Shown here piece by piece: positions 12,546 through 24,576 of a stretch of DNA of 64,000 nucleotides. Within the stretch, counting starts at the first letter, position 1; every line of letters begins with the position of its first letter. The DNA comes from Mobula hypostoma. Taxonomy: Eukaryota. Location: the NCBI RefSeq assembly GCF_963921235.1, contig NC_086106.1:20274001-20338000 (forward strand), read 5' to 3'. A program made the translations under genes and the position numbers. Under the pieces are notes generated by a model. That model saw nothing but the letters and a program-made list of their open reading frames with translations, ran no database searches and was not told where the DNA came from.

Positions 12546-13126
12546 CAAAACGCTTAATCTCGTCTCAAAATCCTTACCGGTCAAAATTTACTCAACTCTA
12601 AAGAACTGCTTTCAGACTCAAAGGTGAACAATTCAGAAACCTTGAAACAAAATGTTATTCAATTCTTTTCCATTTTGACATAACTCCAATTTTTATATCT
12701 TATTGTTATCCCTCCTCTTCTACCTGTATCCCATAGTGTGTGGCTGCTCCTAGTATTGCCCTTTAATCTTCAGCATTATTTATATATGTATGCAGACTCC
12801 TATCGTAGATCGATGGCCCATTTACCTCCATAGATGCTGCATGACTTGCTGAGTACGTACAACTTCTGCGTATTGATCAGAATTTGCCTATTTGCAAATT
12901 GGACACTAAAACCAGCACTACAAATCATACATCATTGAAGGGTGTGGAAATCTAAAATAAGGAGAGAATACGGAAGTAACACGGAGCAGGTCGGGTTTTC
13001 GAACTGAACCGTCAATACAGAAGTGTCCCTTTCCATAGTTTCTGTTTGACCTGTTGATTATGTTTAGATTTTATCATTTTGTTACCAGTACAAGGACATT
13101 AATGAGCGTTACGTTGATACACTTAC

Positions 13127-13192
13127 TGGGCGTCACGGTTAACTTGGTCCCTGATCCGAATATCAGTTTGTTCACACCGCTACCAGTATTCA
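13127..13192 (-). CDS. TRAJ: TRAJ segment, intact (unit 1, J-A): NTGSGVNKLIFGSGTKLTVTP
   Basis: Donor 13121-13126; CACAGTG 13193-13199; spacer CCAACCGGCAGT; ACAAAATAC 13212-13220. Confidence 0.94.
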
Positions 13193-14205
13193 CACAGTGC
13201 CAACCGGCAGTACAAAATACCCTGTGGCTGTATTGATCTGTAGACGACGGGTTGACTCACATTTCTTTCACGGACTACGTTTAATTTTCCCGCGTCATAC
13301 CATTTTTGACATAATGATAGCTACCTGTATCACGAAACGAACTGGGCAGAGAAAGCAACCATACGACTGACATTTCGCCATTTTATTCAACTCGGCATAG
13401 CTCGCATCTGAAAACACGGCAGCACTGAAGGAACGAGGAGTTATATTAATCATGATTCTCGGCTCAATCATCTAAATTAGCATTGTGGTTAATATAACTC
13501 CTCAATAACAGTGGTGTCTCAGGGAAGTCCTGTTCATTAGCCTCGTTGTGGTCTACATTATTATTATTAGTCGGCAATGAAATGCCCGGACAGCGTAATG
13601 GACGTAATACGCATTACTGGTTTACTTTGTGATAGTTTCTTCGACATTATTCGTAGTTCCCCCGACAAGCAGTTAAGAGCATAGGACCCATTAAAGTTCC
13701 TACAGTTCAGAGCACAAAAGATTATCTTGGTACAGTGGTTTGTTGAATTTTCTTAGATAGGTCAATGGAGTCACGGAAAGATGCATACTGACAACCACAC
13801 AGAGATTTACAATGATCCGCATCAGTACCATTGTATTCTACCTACATTCCCATCAAATTCCGACCCCGCTCCCGATGTGTCCATATACCCACCCGCCAGT
13901 GCCAATTTCCAGTGACCAACTAAACCCCTCCCCAAACTCGCAAGGATTTAGAATGTAGACGGAATCAGATGACCCGAAGCAACACCACACTATCAGAAGG
14001 AGAACGCTCACGCTCCATGCAGACAGAAAGCACTGGAGGTTAGAGTGGTGGCTGCAGTTTCGGTAACTGCGTTACCTTGCCGCACAATAAAAGGATTTAG
14101 TTTAAAGATAAAAATTTGGCAGGAGTTAATACGCACATTGTCAATTACTTTGCTATCAATTGACAATCACTGTTGACACTTCCTTAAATATATTGCCCTA
14201 CTTAC

Positions 14206-14268
14206 TGAGTTCTACTGTCAGCTTGGTTCCGACGCCAAATATCAACGGCGTTCCTACTGCTCTATTCA
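14206..14268 (-). CDS. TRAJ: TRAJ segment, intact (unit 1, J-B): NRAVGTPLIFGVGTKLTVEL
   Basis: Donor 14200-14205; CACATCG 14269-14275; 12-nt spacer; ACAAAAATG 14288-14296. Confidence 0.9.
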
Positions 14269-14944
14269 CACATCGTCCGACCCAATCACAAAAATGTTTT
14301 GCAGTCAGATCTGACTCTGAACCTATCTTCTTCTGCCTTACTGAATAGTTTGAAACCTGCCATCGCCTCACAGGGCTACTTCCAACTCTGTTTTCTCCCC
14401 TCCACTATTTGTGGGAAACTCTGTTTTTCGGCAAATGTTCCCAATAAATTCCTTTATGCTTCAGTGAACTCTTTATTTCTTTTAGAATTATAATAGAATA
14501 TCACGGAACCACATAATTCTGTCCATCGATTCCGCATAGAGCATCAAGTACCCAGGTCCATTGATCCTTCACTGAACCCATTTTATTCTCTCAGTAATCC
14601 TATCAATTCCTTCCGATTACACATGCACACCAGGGAGAATTTACAGTGGCCAATTAATTTACCAACCTCAAAATCAGTAGGATATAGGAGGAAATTCAAG
14701 CAGTCTTCGCGAGAACATGCAAACTCCATGCAGGTAGCATTGGAGGTTAGGATTGAAAGATGATAGCTGGAGCTGGACGGCACCACTTTGCCATCCGTGC
14801 TGTACTGTTACGTTCTCGTAAATTATTTCAACTTTAGTATAGTTGCCTGTTGTATTAGTGTGCCCAAATGTCTTGCAAGACAGGAGAGCAGATTTAAAAA
14901 TTAGAGGATAATATTTTTGAGACTTGCCTATCTCAAACACTTAC

Positions 14945-15005
14945 TGGCTGTCTCGGTTGCGCCGGTACGCCGCCGATATTTTAGATAATTGAAAGCCAGA
15001 GCAGC
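14945..15005 (-). pseudogene. TRAJ: Decayed pseudo-TRAJ (unit 1, J-C)
   Basis: Donor GTAAGT 14939-14944; ..ATC GGC GGC GT ACC GGC GCA ACC GAG ACA GCC A (frameshifted GxGT..T.TA); paralog of 17894; no clear RSS. Confidence 0.55.
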
Positions 15006-15521
15006 AGTTTGAACCAGTAGTTTAAGAACACATTCGATGTGTCCAGTTGAGGGTTTACTATTATAATTATCCATTGATAGTCAGCCTAGGAAATTTTCAT
15101 ATGAGAGAGAATAAATTGCGGGGATAAAGGGGAAAGGGGAAAGGGGAAAGAGTTAGATGAGATTGCTCTATCGGGAATGTTTCTGGGACTCCTAGCTTAT
15201 ATTGATGGCTCATTTACCTGCACAAATGCTGCCTGACTTGCTGAGTGCCTACAGCTTCTGCGTATTGAGCAGAATTTGCCTATTTGCGAATTGGACACTA
15301 AAAGCAGCACTGCAGATCGTAAAACATCCTTGAACGGTTTGGAACTCTGAACTAAGAGGAGATTACGCGGGTAACACGGAACAGATCCGGTTTTCGAACT
15401 GAACCGTTAATACAGAAGTGTCTTTTTCCCTACCTTCCGTCTGAGCTGTTGATTATGTTCAGATTTTATCTATTTGTTATGAGAGCAAGGACATTAACGA
15501 GCATTGTTTTGATACACTTAC

Positions 15522-15587
15522 TGGGCGTCACGGTTAACTTTGTCCCCGTTCCGAATGTCAGCTTGTTCGCACTGCCCCCAGTATTCA
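15522..15587 (-). CDS. TRAJ: TRAJ segment, intact (unit 2, J-A): NTGGSANKLTFGTGTKLTVTP
   Basis: Donor 15516-15521; CACAGTG 15588-15594; spacer CCAACCGGCAGT; ACAAAATGC 15607-15615. Confidence 0.94.
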
Positions 15588-15960
15588 CACAGTGCCAACC
15601 GGCAGTACAAAATGCTCTGTATTGATCTGTAGACGACGGGTCGACTCCAATTTCTTTCACGGGCTTTTTTAAATTTTCACGCGTCATACCGTTTTTGACA
15701 TAATGATAGCTACCTGTATCATGAAAGGAAGTGGGCAGAGAAAGAAACCATACTAATGCCATGTCACCGTTTTATCCAAGGAACGTTTTAAAGGAAAGAG
15801 GAGTTATATGAATAACGATTCTCGGTTCAATCATCTAAATCAGCATTGTGTTTAATGTAACTCATCAGAAGCAGTGGTGCCTCAGGGGAGTCCCGTTCAT
15901 TAACTTCGTTTGTGTGTACATAATTACCATTAGTCAGCAATGAAATGCATGAACAGCATA

Positions 15961-16517
15961 AAGGATGTGCAGTTTTGGTCCCCTAATCTGAGGAAAGACA
16001 TCCTTGCCATAGAGGGAGTACAAAGAAGCTTCACCAGCTTGATTCCTGGGATGGCAGGACTTTCATATGATGAAAGACTGGATCAACTAGGCTTATATTC
16101 GTTGGAATTTAGAAGATTGAGGGGGGATCTTATTGAAACGTATAAAATCCTAAAGAGATTGGACAGGCCAGATGCAGGAAGATTGTTCCCGATGTTGGGG
16201 AAGTCCAGAACGTGCGGTCACAATTTGAGGATAAAGGGGAAGCCTTTCAGGACAGAGATTAGGAAAAACTTCACACAGAGAGTGGTGAATCTGTGGAATT
16301 CTCTGCCACAGGAAACAGTTGAGGCCAGTTCGTTGGCTATATTTAAGAGGGAGTTAGATATGGCCCTTGTGGCTAAAGGGATCAGGGGGTATGGAGGGAA
16401 GGCTGGCACAGAGTTCTGAGTGGATGATCAGCGATGATCATACTGAATGGCGGTGCAGGCTCGAAGGGCCGAATGGCCTACTCCTGCACCAATTTTCAAT
16501 GTTTTCTATGTTTCTAT
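15961..16517 (+). mobile_element. CR1-clade LINE 3' fragment inserted only in unit 2
   Basis: VQFWSPNLRKDILAIEGVQRSFT..RGDLIETYKI..FTQRVVNLWNSLP; (TTTCTATG) tail; absent from units 1 and 3. Confidence 0.9.
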
Positions 16518-17123
16518 AACACATATTAATAGTTTACTTTGTGATATATTTATTGGACATTGTTTGTATTTTCCCCTATGAGCAGTTAAGAGCACAGGAC
16601 CAATTAACGCTCCTGCATTTCGGAGCTGAAGAGTTTATCTTGGTACAGAGATTTGTTGAACTTTTAAATAAGTTAATGGAGTCACCGAAAGATGCATGCT
16701 GACAGCCAAACAACTATTTGACAACGATCCACATCAGTACCATTGTATTCTATCCAGATGCCCAAAAAACCTCTCTCCCTCCTGCTCCAGATTTGACCAT
16801 GTACCCACCCGCCAGTGCCAAATTCCAGTGACGAAGTAAATCCTTCCCCCAAACTCGCAGGTCTGGGTAACGTGGATGGAACCAGAGGACCCGAAGCAAT
16901 CCCACACTGTCAGAAGGAGCACGCTCAAGCTCCATAAACAGACAGAAAACAGCGGAGGTTGGAGTAGAGGCTGCAGTTCCGATATCTGCGTTATGTTGCC
17001 GCACAATAAAGGGATTTAGTTTAAAGATAATAATTTGGCAGGAGTTAATACACACATTGTCGACACTTTGCTATCAATTGACAATCGCTGTTGACGCTTT
17101 CATAAATATATTGCCCTACTTAC

Positions 17124-17186
17124 TGAGTTCTACCCTCAGCTTGGATCCGACGCCAAATATTAACGGCGTTCCTGGTGCTGTATTCA
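17124..17186 (-). CDS. TRAJ: TRAJ segment (unit 2, J-B): NTAPGTPLIFGVGSKLRVEL, 11-nt spacer
   Basis: Donor 17118-17123; CACATAG 17187-17193; 11-nt spacer; ACAAAAAAC 17205-17213. Confidence 0.86.
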
Positions 17187-17893
17187 CACATAGTGGAGTC
17201 CATCACAAAAAACGTTTTGTAGTCAGACCTAACTCTGAAACTATCTTCTTCTGCCTTACTAAGTTGTCCACCAGATGGAAACTTGCCATCTCCTTACTGG
17301 CCGACTTTCAACAGTGTTTTCTCCCCTCCACTATTTGTGGGAAACTCTGTCATTCGACACACGTTCCCAATAAAATCCTTTATGTTTCAGTGAACTCATT
17401 ATTTCTTTCAGAATTATAATAGAATATTACGCCACCACATAATTCCGTCTACCGATTCCGCAGAGAGCATAAAGTGCCCAGATATATTGATCCTTCACTG
17501 AACCCATTTTATCCTTTCTGTAATCCTATCAATTCCGCCCGATTTCAGGTGTAAACCAGGGAGAATTTTCATATACAGTGGCCAATTAACTTCCCAACCC
17601 GCAAATCTGTAGGCTGTGAGAGGAAATTCACGCAGTCTTCGCGAGAACGTGCGAACTCCATGCAGTTAGCATTGGAGGTTAGGATTGGAAATTGATATCT
17701 GGAGCTGGACGGCACCAGCTCTGTGTGATGCGCCACTGTGCCATCTGTGCTGTACTGTTATGTTCTCGTAAATTATTTCAACTTAAGTATAATTGCCTGT
17801 GGCATTCTTGCGCCCGAATGTCTTGCAGGACAGGAAAGCATTTTTATAAATTACAGGATAATGTTTTGAGACTTGCCTATCTCGAATACTTAC

Positions 17894-17955
17894 TGGCTGT
17901 CACGGTTACGCCGGTACGTGGCCGATATTATAGATCATTGAAACCCGGAGCAACC
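17894..17955 (-). pseudogene. TRAJ: Decayed pseudo-TRAJ (unit 2, J-C)
   Basis: Donor 17888-17893; ..ATC GGC CAC GT ACC GGC GTA ACC GTG ACA GCC A (I-G-H-[fs]-T-G-V-T-V-T-A); RSS unrecognisable. Confidence 0.6.
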
Positions 17956-18477
17956 GTTTGAACTAGTTGTTTAATGTGATGTGTCCAGTTGAAGGTCTCC
18001 ATTATAATTATTGATTGATAGTCAGACTTACAATTATAATTATTGATTGATTGAATGTCTTGCATATGAGAGAGAATAAGTTGAAGGATACAGGGAAAAA
18101 GGGGAAGTGTCAGATGAGATTGCTGTATCGTGAACGCCTATGGGACTCCTAGCTTATATTGATGTCTCATTTACCTCCACAGATGCTGCCTGACTTGCTG
18201 AGTGTCTACATCTAATGCGCATTGAACAAAATTTGTCTGTTTGCAAATAGGACACTAAAACCAGCACTACAAACCGTAAAACGTCCTTGAAGAGTTTGGA
18301 AATCTGAACTAAGGAGGGAATAGGCGGACAACACGGAACGAGTTGAGTTTTCGAACTGAACCGTTAATACAGAAGAGTCTTTTTCCATACTTTCTGTCTG
18401 ACCTGTTGATTAGGTCAGAAATTATCTTTTTGTTACGAGTGCAAGGACATTAACGAGGGTTATTTTGAAATACTTAC

Positions 18478-18543
18478 TGGGCGTCACGGTTAACTTGGTC
18501 CCTGATCCGAATATCAGTTTGTCTGCACCGCCACCAACATTCA
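18478..18543 (-). CDS. TRAJ: TRAJ segment, intact (unit 3, J-A): NVGGGADKLIFGSGTKLTVTP
   Basis: Donor 18472-18477; CACAGTG 18544-18550; 12-nt spacer; weaker nonamer TCAAAATGA 18563-18571. Confidence 0.9.
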
Positions 18544-19478
18544 CACAGTGCCAACCGGCAATTCAAAATGACCTTGGTCTATATTGATCTGTAGAGGATG
18601 GGTTGACTTCAATTTCTTTCACGTGTTACATTCATTTTTCACGCGTCCTAACGTTTTTGACATAATGATAGCTACCTATATTATGAAACTGCACCATTGA
18701 AGGAATGAGGAGTTATATTAATCACGAGTTTGGTTTAATCATTTAAATTATGACTAGCCTTGTGCTTCATATAACTCCTCAGTAGCAGTGGTGCCTGAAG
18801 GAAGTCCTGTTCATTAACCTCACTTTAGTGTACATAATAATTATTAGTCGGCAATGAAATGCCTGGGCAGCATTATGAGCATGATAGGCATTACTGGTTT
18901 ACTTTGTGATATGTTTCTTCGACACTGTTCGTATTTTCCCCTATAAGCAGTTAAGAGCACAGGACCAATTAAAGTTTCTGCAGTTCGGAGCTTAAGAGGT
19001 TACCTTGGTACAGAGGTTTGTTGGTTGAACTTTTAAATGCGTTAATGGAATCACTGAAAGATGCATACTGACAACCAAACACGACCCACAACAGTACTAT
19101 TGTATTCTCCCCACATGCCCATCAAATTATGCTCCCTCCCGCTCCAGATTTGACCACATACCCACCGGCCAGTGCCAAATTCCAGTGACGAACTAAACCC
19201 TTCCCTAAACTCGCAGGCGTTTGTAACGTGGATGGAACCAGACATCCCGAAGCAATCCCACACTATCAGAGGGAGAACGCTCAAGCTCCATACAGACAGA
19301 AAACAGCGGCGGTTAGAGTCGAGACTGCAGTTCCGGTATCTGAGTTATGTTGACGCACAATAAAGGGATTTAGTTTAAAGATACAATTTCCGCAGGAGTT
19401 AATAAACACGTCGTCGACACTTTTGCTTTCAACTGACAATCGCTGTTAAAGCTTTCATAAGAATATTGCCTTACTTGC

Positions 19479-19541
19479 TGAGTTCTACTGTCAGCTTGGT
19501 TCCGACGCCAAATATCAACGGCATCCCTGCTGCTATATTCG
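19479..19541 (-). pseudogene. TRAJ: TRAJ (unit 3, J-B), open frame, GC donor, collapsed RSS spacer: NIAAGMPLIFGVGTKLTVEL
   Basis: Donor GCAAGT 19473-19478; CACAATA 19542-19548, then only ~6 nt before AAAAAAACC 19555-19563. Confidence 0.85.
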
Positions 19542-21054
19542 CACAATATCCAGCAAAAAAACCTTTTGCAGTCAGACCTGACTCTGAAACTATTTTCTGC
19601 CTTACTAAATTGTCTCACCAGTTCGAAACCCGCCATCTTCTTCCTGGCCTGCTTTCAACTCTACTTTCTTCCCTCCACATTTTTGGGAAAATCTTAATTC
19701 CTTTTTAGAATTATAACCGAATATCGTGGAACTACATTATTCTGTCCATCGATTCCGCATAGAGCATCAAGTACCCAAGTGCACTGATCTTTCATTAAAA
19801 CCATTTTATTTTCTCTATAATCCTTTCAATTCCGCCGGATCACACTTACTGTGTACCAAATTTAATCGGTTTCATTCTGCAAATGCTATCTTTCGTTGCA
19901 TGGCTTCATAATCACACGATAGACTGAATTTTACAGGAATCCACCATATTACTTGAAGTGCTACGATGTCCATTACTAGCTTATTATCGTTAGTTTTGAT
20001 TTATGCATTACCTAGCCACTGGGATTTTGCTGACTTTGGTGCGGTGGTAGGGGAAGGAAGTATTTACTCGATGTCATATTGAATTTAGTCACTATGGCAA
20101 ATATAAGCTATTTAGATCCTGCTGCCTTTGCACACCAATAAATGTCCAAGCAAACGCTCGCCCGTTGACTGTTATTCCGCACGTATCCTAACGGGAGCCG
20201 CATGCTCCACGGAGGACAATGCACTTGATGGAATCACCATCTTATGATCATCCCTGCCTATGAAATAATAGAAAGTTATGTCTCATAAATTTCATTTCGT
20301 CTGCACTGTTTAACAAATAAGAAGTAGCCAACTGTGATTCTGCGATTGGAATCATCTCCGTCCTTCTTTCGAACATTTGGACCATATTTAGTCTTGCCAA
20401 ACCGTGGCATAACATCTTACAAATGCATTCAATCAGCGAGAAAGATTTTCAAGCAACAAAGGCATTTGCGAATGCAGAAAGAAATTAATCCCGTTGTCGG
20501 GGAAGTCTGGGGTTCTGTACTCCATTGACTCTAGTTCAATTCTAACCTCCGAAGCAGCTTGTTTTAAGTTTACATGTTCGTTCTGTGAATATGGGACTAT
20601 CCCGCAGATGCGCTAGCTTCTACCCGTTTCCCAATGACACGTTGGTAGAATAAGAAGCTGCTATAAATTGCCCCGCAGTGTAAGTAATGGCAAGGAATAA
20701 ACGAGGGCATGTGTACGAAAGGCAGAATATGTTGCTAGGACATAGGGAATTAGGGAATTGAGGAATGAGACTGATTGTGTTGCTCCATTGGGAACGGACG
20801 TGCGTCCAGAGTCATTTATCTATGTCTTTATCGGTAGAATTATGCACTCACAGGATAGTCGAAGTCGGAGACGCCTTTGACAAATAGAGATAGCGTCTCT
20901 GTTAGTTAATTAAGCATGTATGCGATTGATATATTAATATTAGTAGACATGGGGCAAAGGCGGGTACTGGGCATTATGTCCTGGGAGAGATAATTTATCC
21001 TTCTGTGGTTATGTTCTGTTTCTATATTAGCTCAGCTAGTGGAAACTCACTTAC

Positions 21055-21119
21055 CTGGTACCACGATTATGCGGGTTCCTTCTCCAAATATTAACTTTCC
21101 TTGCGTGCCTCCATAATCA
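21055..21119 (-). CDS. TRAJ: TRAJ segment, intact: DYGGTQGKLIFGEGTRIIVVP
   Basis: Donor 21049-21054; CACAGTA 21120-21126; 12-nt spacer; ACAAAAACC 21139-21147. Confidence 0.95.
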
Positions 21120-21555
21120 CACAGTAGACTATGCCTTAACAAAAACCCATTGTACTCAATCACATTATTTGAGGTGGGACAATGCGCTATCTACCTATTA
21201 TTACTGCATCCCGTTACTTTTGATCAACAGACTATTTCACTCTCTACTCTGGCATGTTGTAGTTTTGAATATATAGTAGCTTTGAGCAAGAATTAAAGCT
21301 GGATGGACGTTTTAACATGATGTCAGATAAATTACGAAGCTGCTGTACAACATACTAATTAAAAGGGATATATTGAAAAAAAAACACGACTATAATTCCC
21401 TAGGTCCTGTGATATTCATTCATTTACTATTTTAGCCCTTTCTTTAGCAGAATTGTCATAGAAGATTACAAGTCCGTTTTATTTACGATTGCTAAAAAAA
21501 TACAACTTTCATGCCCATCAATTGTACACAATGACATGCATGTTAAGGAACTTAC

Positions 21556-21621
21556 TGGTTATCACAGTTAGTTTCGTTCCTGGACCGAATATCAACTTTT
21601 CAGAGCTTCCAACATCTTTCA
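21556..21621 (-). CDS. TRAJ: TRAJ segment, intact: KDVGSSEKLIFGPGTKLTVIT
   Basis: Donor 21550-21555; CACAGTG 21622-21628; 12-nt spacer; ACAATAACT 21641-21649. Confidence 0.94.
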
Positions 21622-23422
21622 CACAGTGACACTCACCTGTACAATAACTCACTCGTTCCAATGAGCAATAGTGAAGGGGGTTAACTACAAAATTGTGACA
21701 GCTGTACAGCGAACCGGTGAAGTGTATACCCAATTGAGACCGGCCGATGCCATCACAGGACGAGAAGGCTATTCGGACCATTAATTGAATGTTGACTCCA
21801 AGAGCAGGAACAATATTAGAAGTGCACAACTTGCTTTATTATGATGAAGTCCCTCATATTTTTTCCACTTACTTGCTAAATTTCTCTCTTTAACCTGAAC
21901 ACAGACGTCTTCCCTTGATTCTCTTGTCCCTTTCTTACACGAAATAATGGTTTACAATTTGTATTTCAGCATGTGAGAGGAACACAGATTACCCCTAGGG
22001 TAACTCCAAGGACCGCAACAGGGACTAGCGAAGTGTACACAGGCAGAATCAACAAGTGTGAAGAGAAAAATGTCAAATGGAGGGGGGATGAATATTAGAC
22101 TTGATCTTCTTATACAATGAAAATGTCTTTTATTCTAATATGAAGAAGCTAGAAAAGCGACAGAGAATAAATCAGCTGCTCGATTTTACAAATAGGCAGA
22201 TTCCTTCCCCCAACCCAGTCTGAAGTGTTTTCATTAATAACCCCAGAGTCGATTTTGCAAAGGAAACACATGGAGCTCAGCAGTTTTATTTCGCAGCTCA
22301 ACAAAGTCCTTTCTTTCCTACCACACAACACGCACATTTGCTCTCTAAGTTTAAGCCAATTTCGCGACGAGAGCTGATTCTAAGCCTTTCTGCTTGCCTC
22401 AAAGATTTGCAGCGACTGCCAGGAAGAGGATCAATGAATCTTTCTGAGCCACAGTTTCCACTGGAAGCTGACGTGATGTCAGTTAACATTTGAAGGAGAG
22501 CTGCAGACAACATGCAGACATCCCTGGCCAAAACTATTGCTTAAAAATGTCTCGCGAACTGTGCCCAAGTATTGCAAAACACTCACATCCCAGGAAAAGG
22601 GCAACAAATTCGTGTTACGCATCTCGACTTACGTTGCTACACAGCCATCTTACATAATCTCATCGCATCAACGCATCTTTGCCTTTTACTTTCCTGTCCG
22701 TAACTCCAATGAACTACACTCGAGCAACCCGTTTCAATCCTTTGCCGAGCTAAGATTCCTATTCAAATTACTCTCAACCTTCCCTCCTACAAAATTAGAA
22801 TCCCCTTCCTACCAGATAAAGGTAATCTCCCGGAAGTGGTACTGTACATTGTTCTAATTATTTTTCAAACAAAACATCTAACCATAACGCGATAGCACTA
22901 TCCTTTAGTAGCTTACTAACTCGGAGCGTTAGAGGGACGGGTTCAGTCATGAACTCCACACAGAACGTATTCAACACTAACTATGTGCAGTTTACTCGTT
23001 CTCCCCGGTTATCTCTCGGGTGCTCTATTTTCCCCAACATTCCGAAGACATGCAACAGAATAATTGCAAATTACCCCTTGATGCAAGTAACTATCGAAGC
23101 GGAGGTGACAGGGTTCGAGAAAAAAAAATGACGAATGAAATAGGACTGATAGGGTAGCACCACTTAGAGCCACATGCATCTCATGGGCTGAACGACCAGC
23201 TTTCGTTTCTCGTGTGCCCACTGATTATTTCCAGATCTATAAATACAACTTCAAGCTTCGGTGAAATCTGGTTCTGACTGCAATAGATCCCCATTCCTAA
23301 AATCTTGGACCTTTAAGGCAGTACACCCAATCGTGCCACAATCGTGCCTTACGGCTCTGTATTTAATGAGGAATGCTGTAAACCGGCTGCAGAGGTAGTG
23401 TCGCGGAGATGGAAGTACTTAC

Positions 23423-23485
23423 TTGGTATCACAGTGAGTTTAGTTCCAGATCCAAACAGAAACTTCTCTAACCCTGCCATAGTCA
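23423..23485 (-). CDS. TRAJ: TRAJ segment, intact: TMAGLEKFLFGSGTKLTVIP
   Basis: Donor 23417-23422; CACAGCG 23486-23492; 12-nt spacer; ACAAAAACT 23505-23513. Confidence 0.94.
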
Positions 23486-24029
23486 CACAGCGGGAAACAT
23501 ACGGACAAAAACTACTCCCGCCCTCTCACCGCACACAACACGCGGGTGCAACGCTATCAGGGGGTGAACGACGAAATCTAGAGTCAGGAGCTTGAGAGAA
23601 TAGAGGATTGTTGTCCAATAATAATGATCTTAGAATGATAGAAACCTGCGCTAAAGAGGAATGGCCTTCGTTTTACTTTGTTTAAACCAAATAAAGCACC
23701 TTAACCGACTGTGATTCTGTGAACGTTAGCCATCTATTCCATTGTTCTAAACCTGGGACTAAAGCACTTTAAAGATGCGGGATATGAAATGCTCATTCAA
23801 TTACTTTTCAAATGCAAAGAAAATTACTTGCTGTTCTTGATGCCAGCAACCTTTCCTTCCCCACCCAGTTTGTAGTCCCTCTTCCCACCGTGTCCCACAA
23901 CTCTCTGGGAAAATTATTCCTGCTATTTGTCTGAATTCCACCCCCGCCGCCTCCGTTGCTGACTTCCAACTGGAGTTAACGGAAGAATTTTTTTTTTCCA
24001 GTGATTTCAGTCGCATTCACAGAAGTGAC

Positions 24030-24190
24030 TGGCTTACACAACATACACAAAAATGCTGGAGGATCTGATGAAGTGAGGCAATGTCTATGGAGGAACATGA
24101 ACAGTTGACGTTTCGGCCAGAGACCTTTCATTATCATCGCCTCATTGACACAGAAATAGGCCATCCGCTGCACTGAGTTCACCGCAACCA
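24030..24190. repeat. Short interspersed, partly palindromic elasmobranch repeat (CACAAAATGCTGGAGGA..CAGCATCTATGG family)
   Basis: Related copies at ~3030-3120, ~12820-12880 and paralogs, ~58605-58665. Confidence 0.55.
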
Positions 24191-24513
24191 TAAATAAGTA
24201 ATTTAAACTAAACCCATTTATTCTCCATTTAGTCCTTTCAACATACATCCCCCTGATATTAGTTCCCATGTGTGTTAAAGGCAATTTACAATGGCCAATA
24301 AACCTGCTGGTAGGATAACAGGAGCACTAGAATGAGCGCAACACAGTAAGAATGAGTAAGTTCAAGCCCAACAGACAGAAAGCACCGAAAATTAGATTGC
24401 GAAACCAACCAGGCAGCACCGGGACTATTAGCTACTGTTTAGGATTTTGATTCGAGTTGGAAACCCGGTATAGATATGTTTCTGCTGACACTATAAGACA
24501 CCAGGAGACTTAC

Positions 24514-24576
24514 CTGGGGTCACGATCAGACGAGTTCCTGCTCCAGAATTGAGTTTGCTCCATGTTTCGTAGTCCA
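24514..24576 (-). CDS. TRAJ: TRAJ segment, open frame with non-canonical SGAG: DYETWSKLNSGAGTRLIVTP
   Basis: Donor 24508-24513; CACAGTC 24577-24583; 12-nt spacer; AGAAAAAAG 24596-24604. Confidence 0.85.

Larger units (their letters stand above)
12795..19842. repeat. Tandem segmental triplication of a ~2.4 kb J-bearing unit (copies start 12795, 15187, 18144; third partial)
   Basis: Anchor GACTCCT..CATTTACC recurs at offsets 2392 and 2957 (the latter includes a ~557 nt CR1 insertion); J segments, SINE remnants and flanks are collinear. Confidence 0.92.

Noticed and set aside
22911-22985. GTAAGC donor with CACAGAA about 45 nt away
   Set aside because: No FGxG in any frame, no nonamer; adjoins a SINE.
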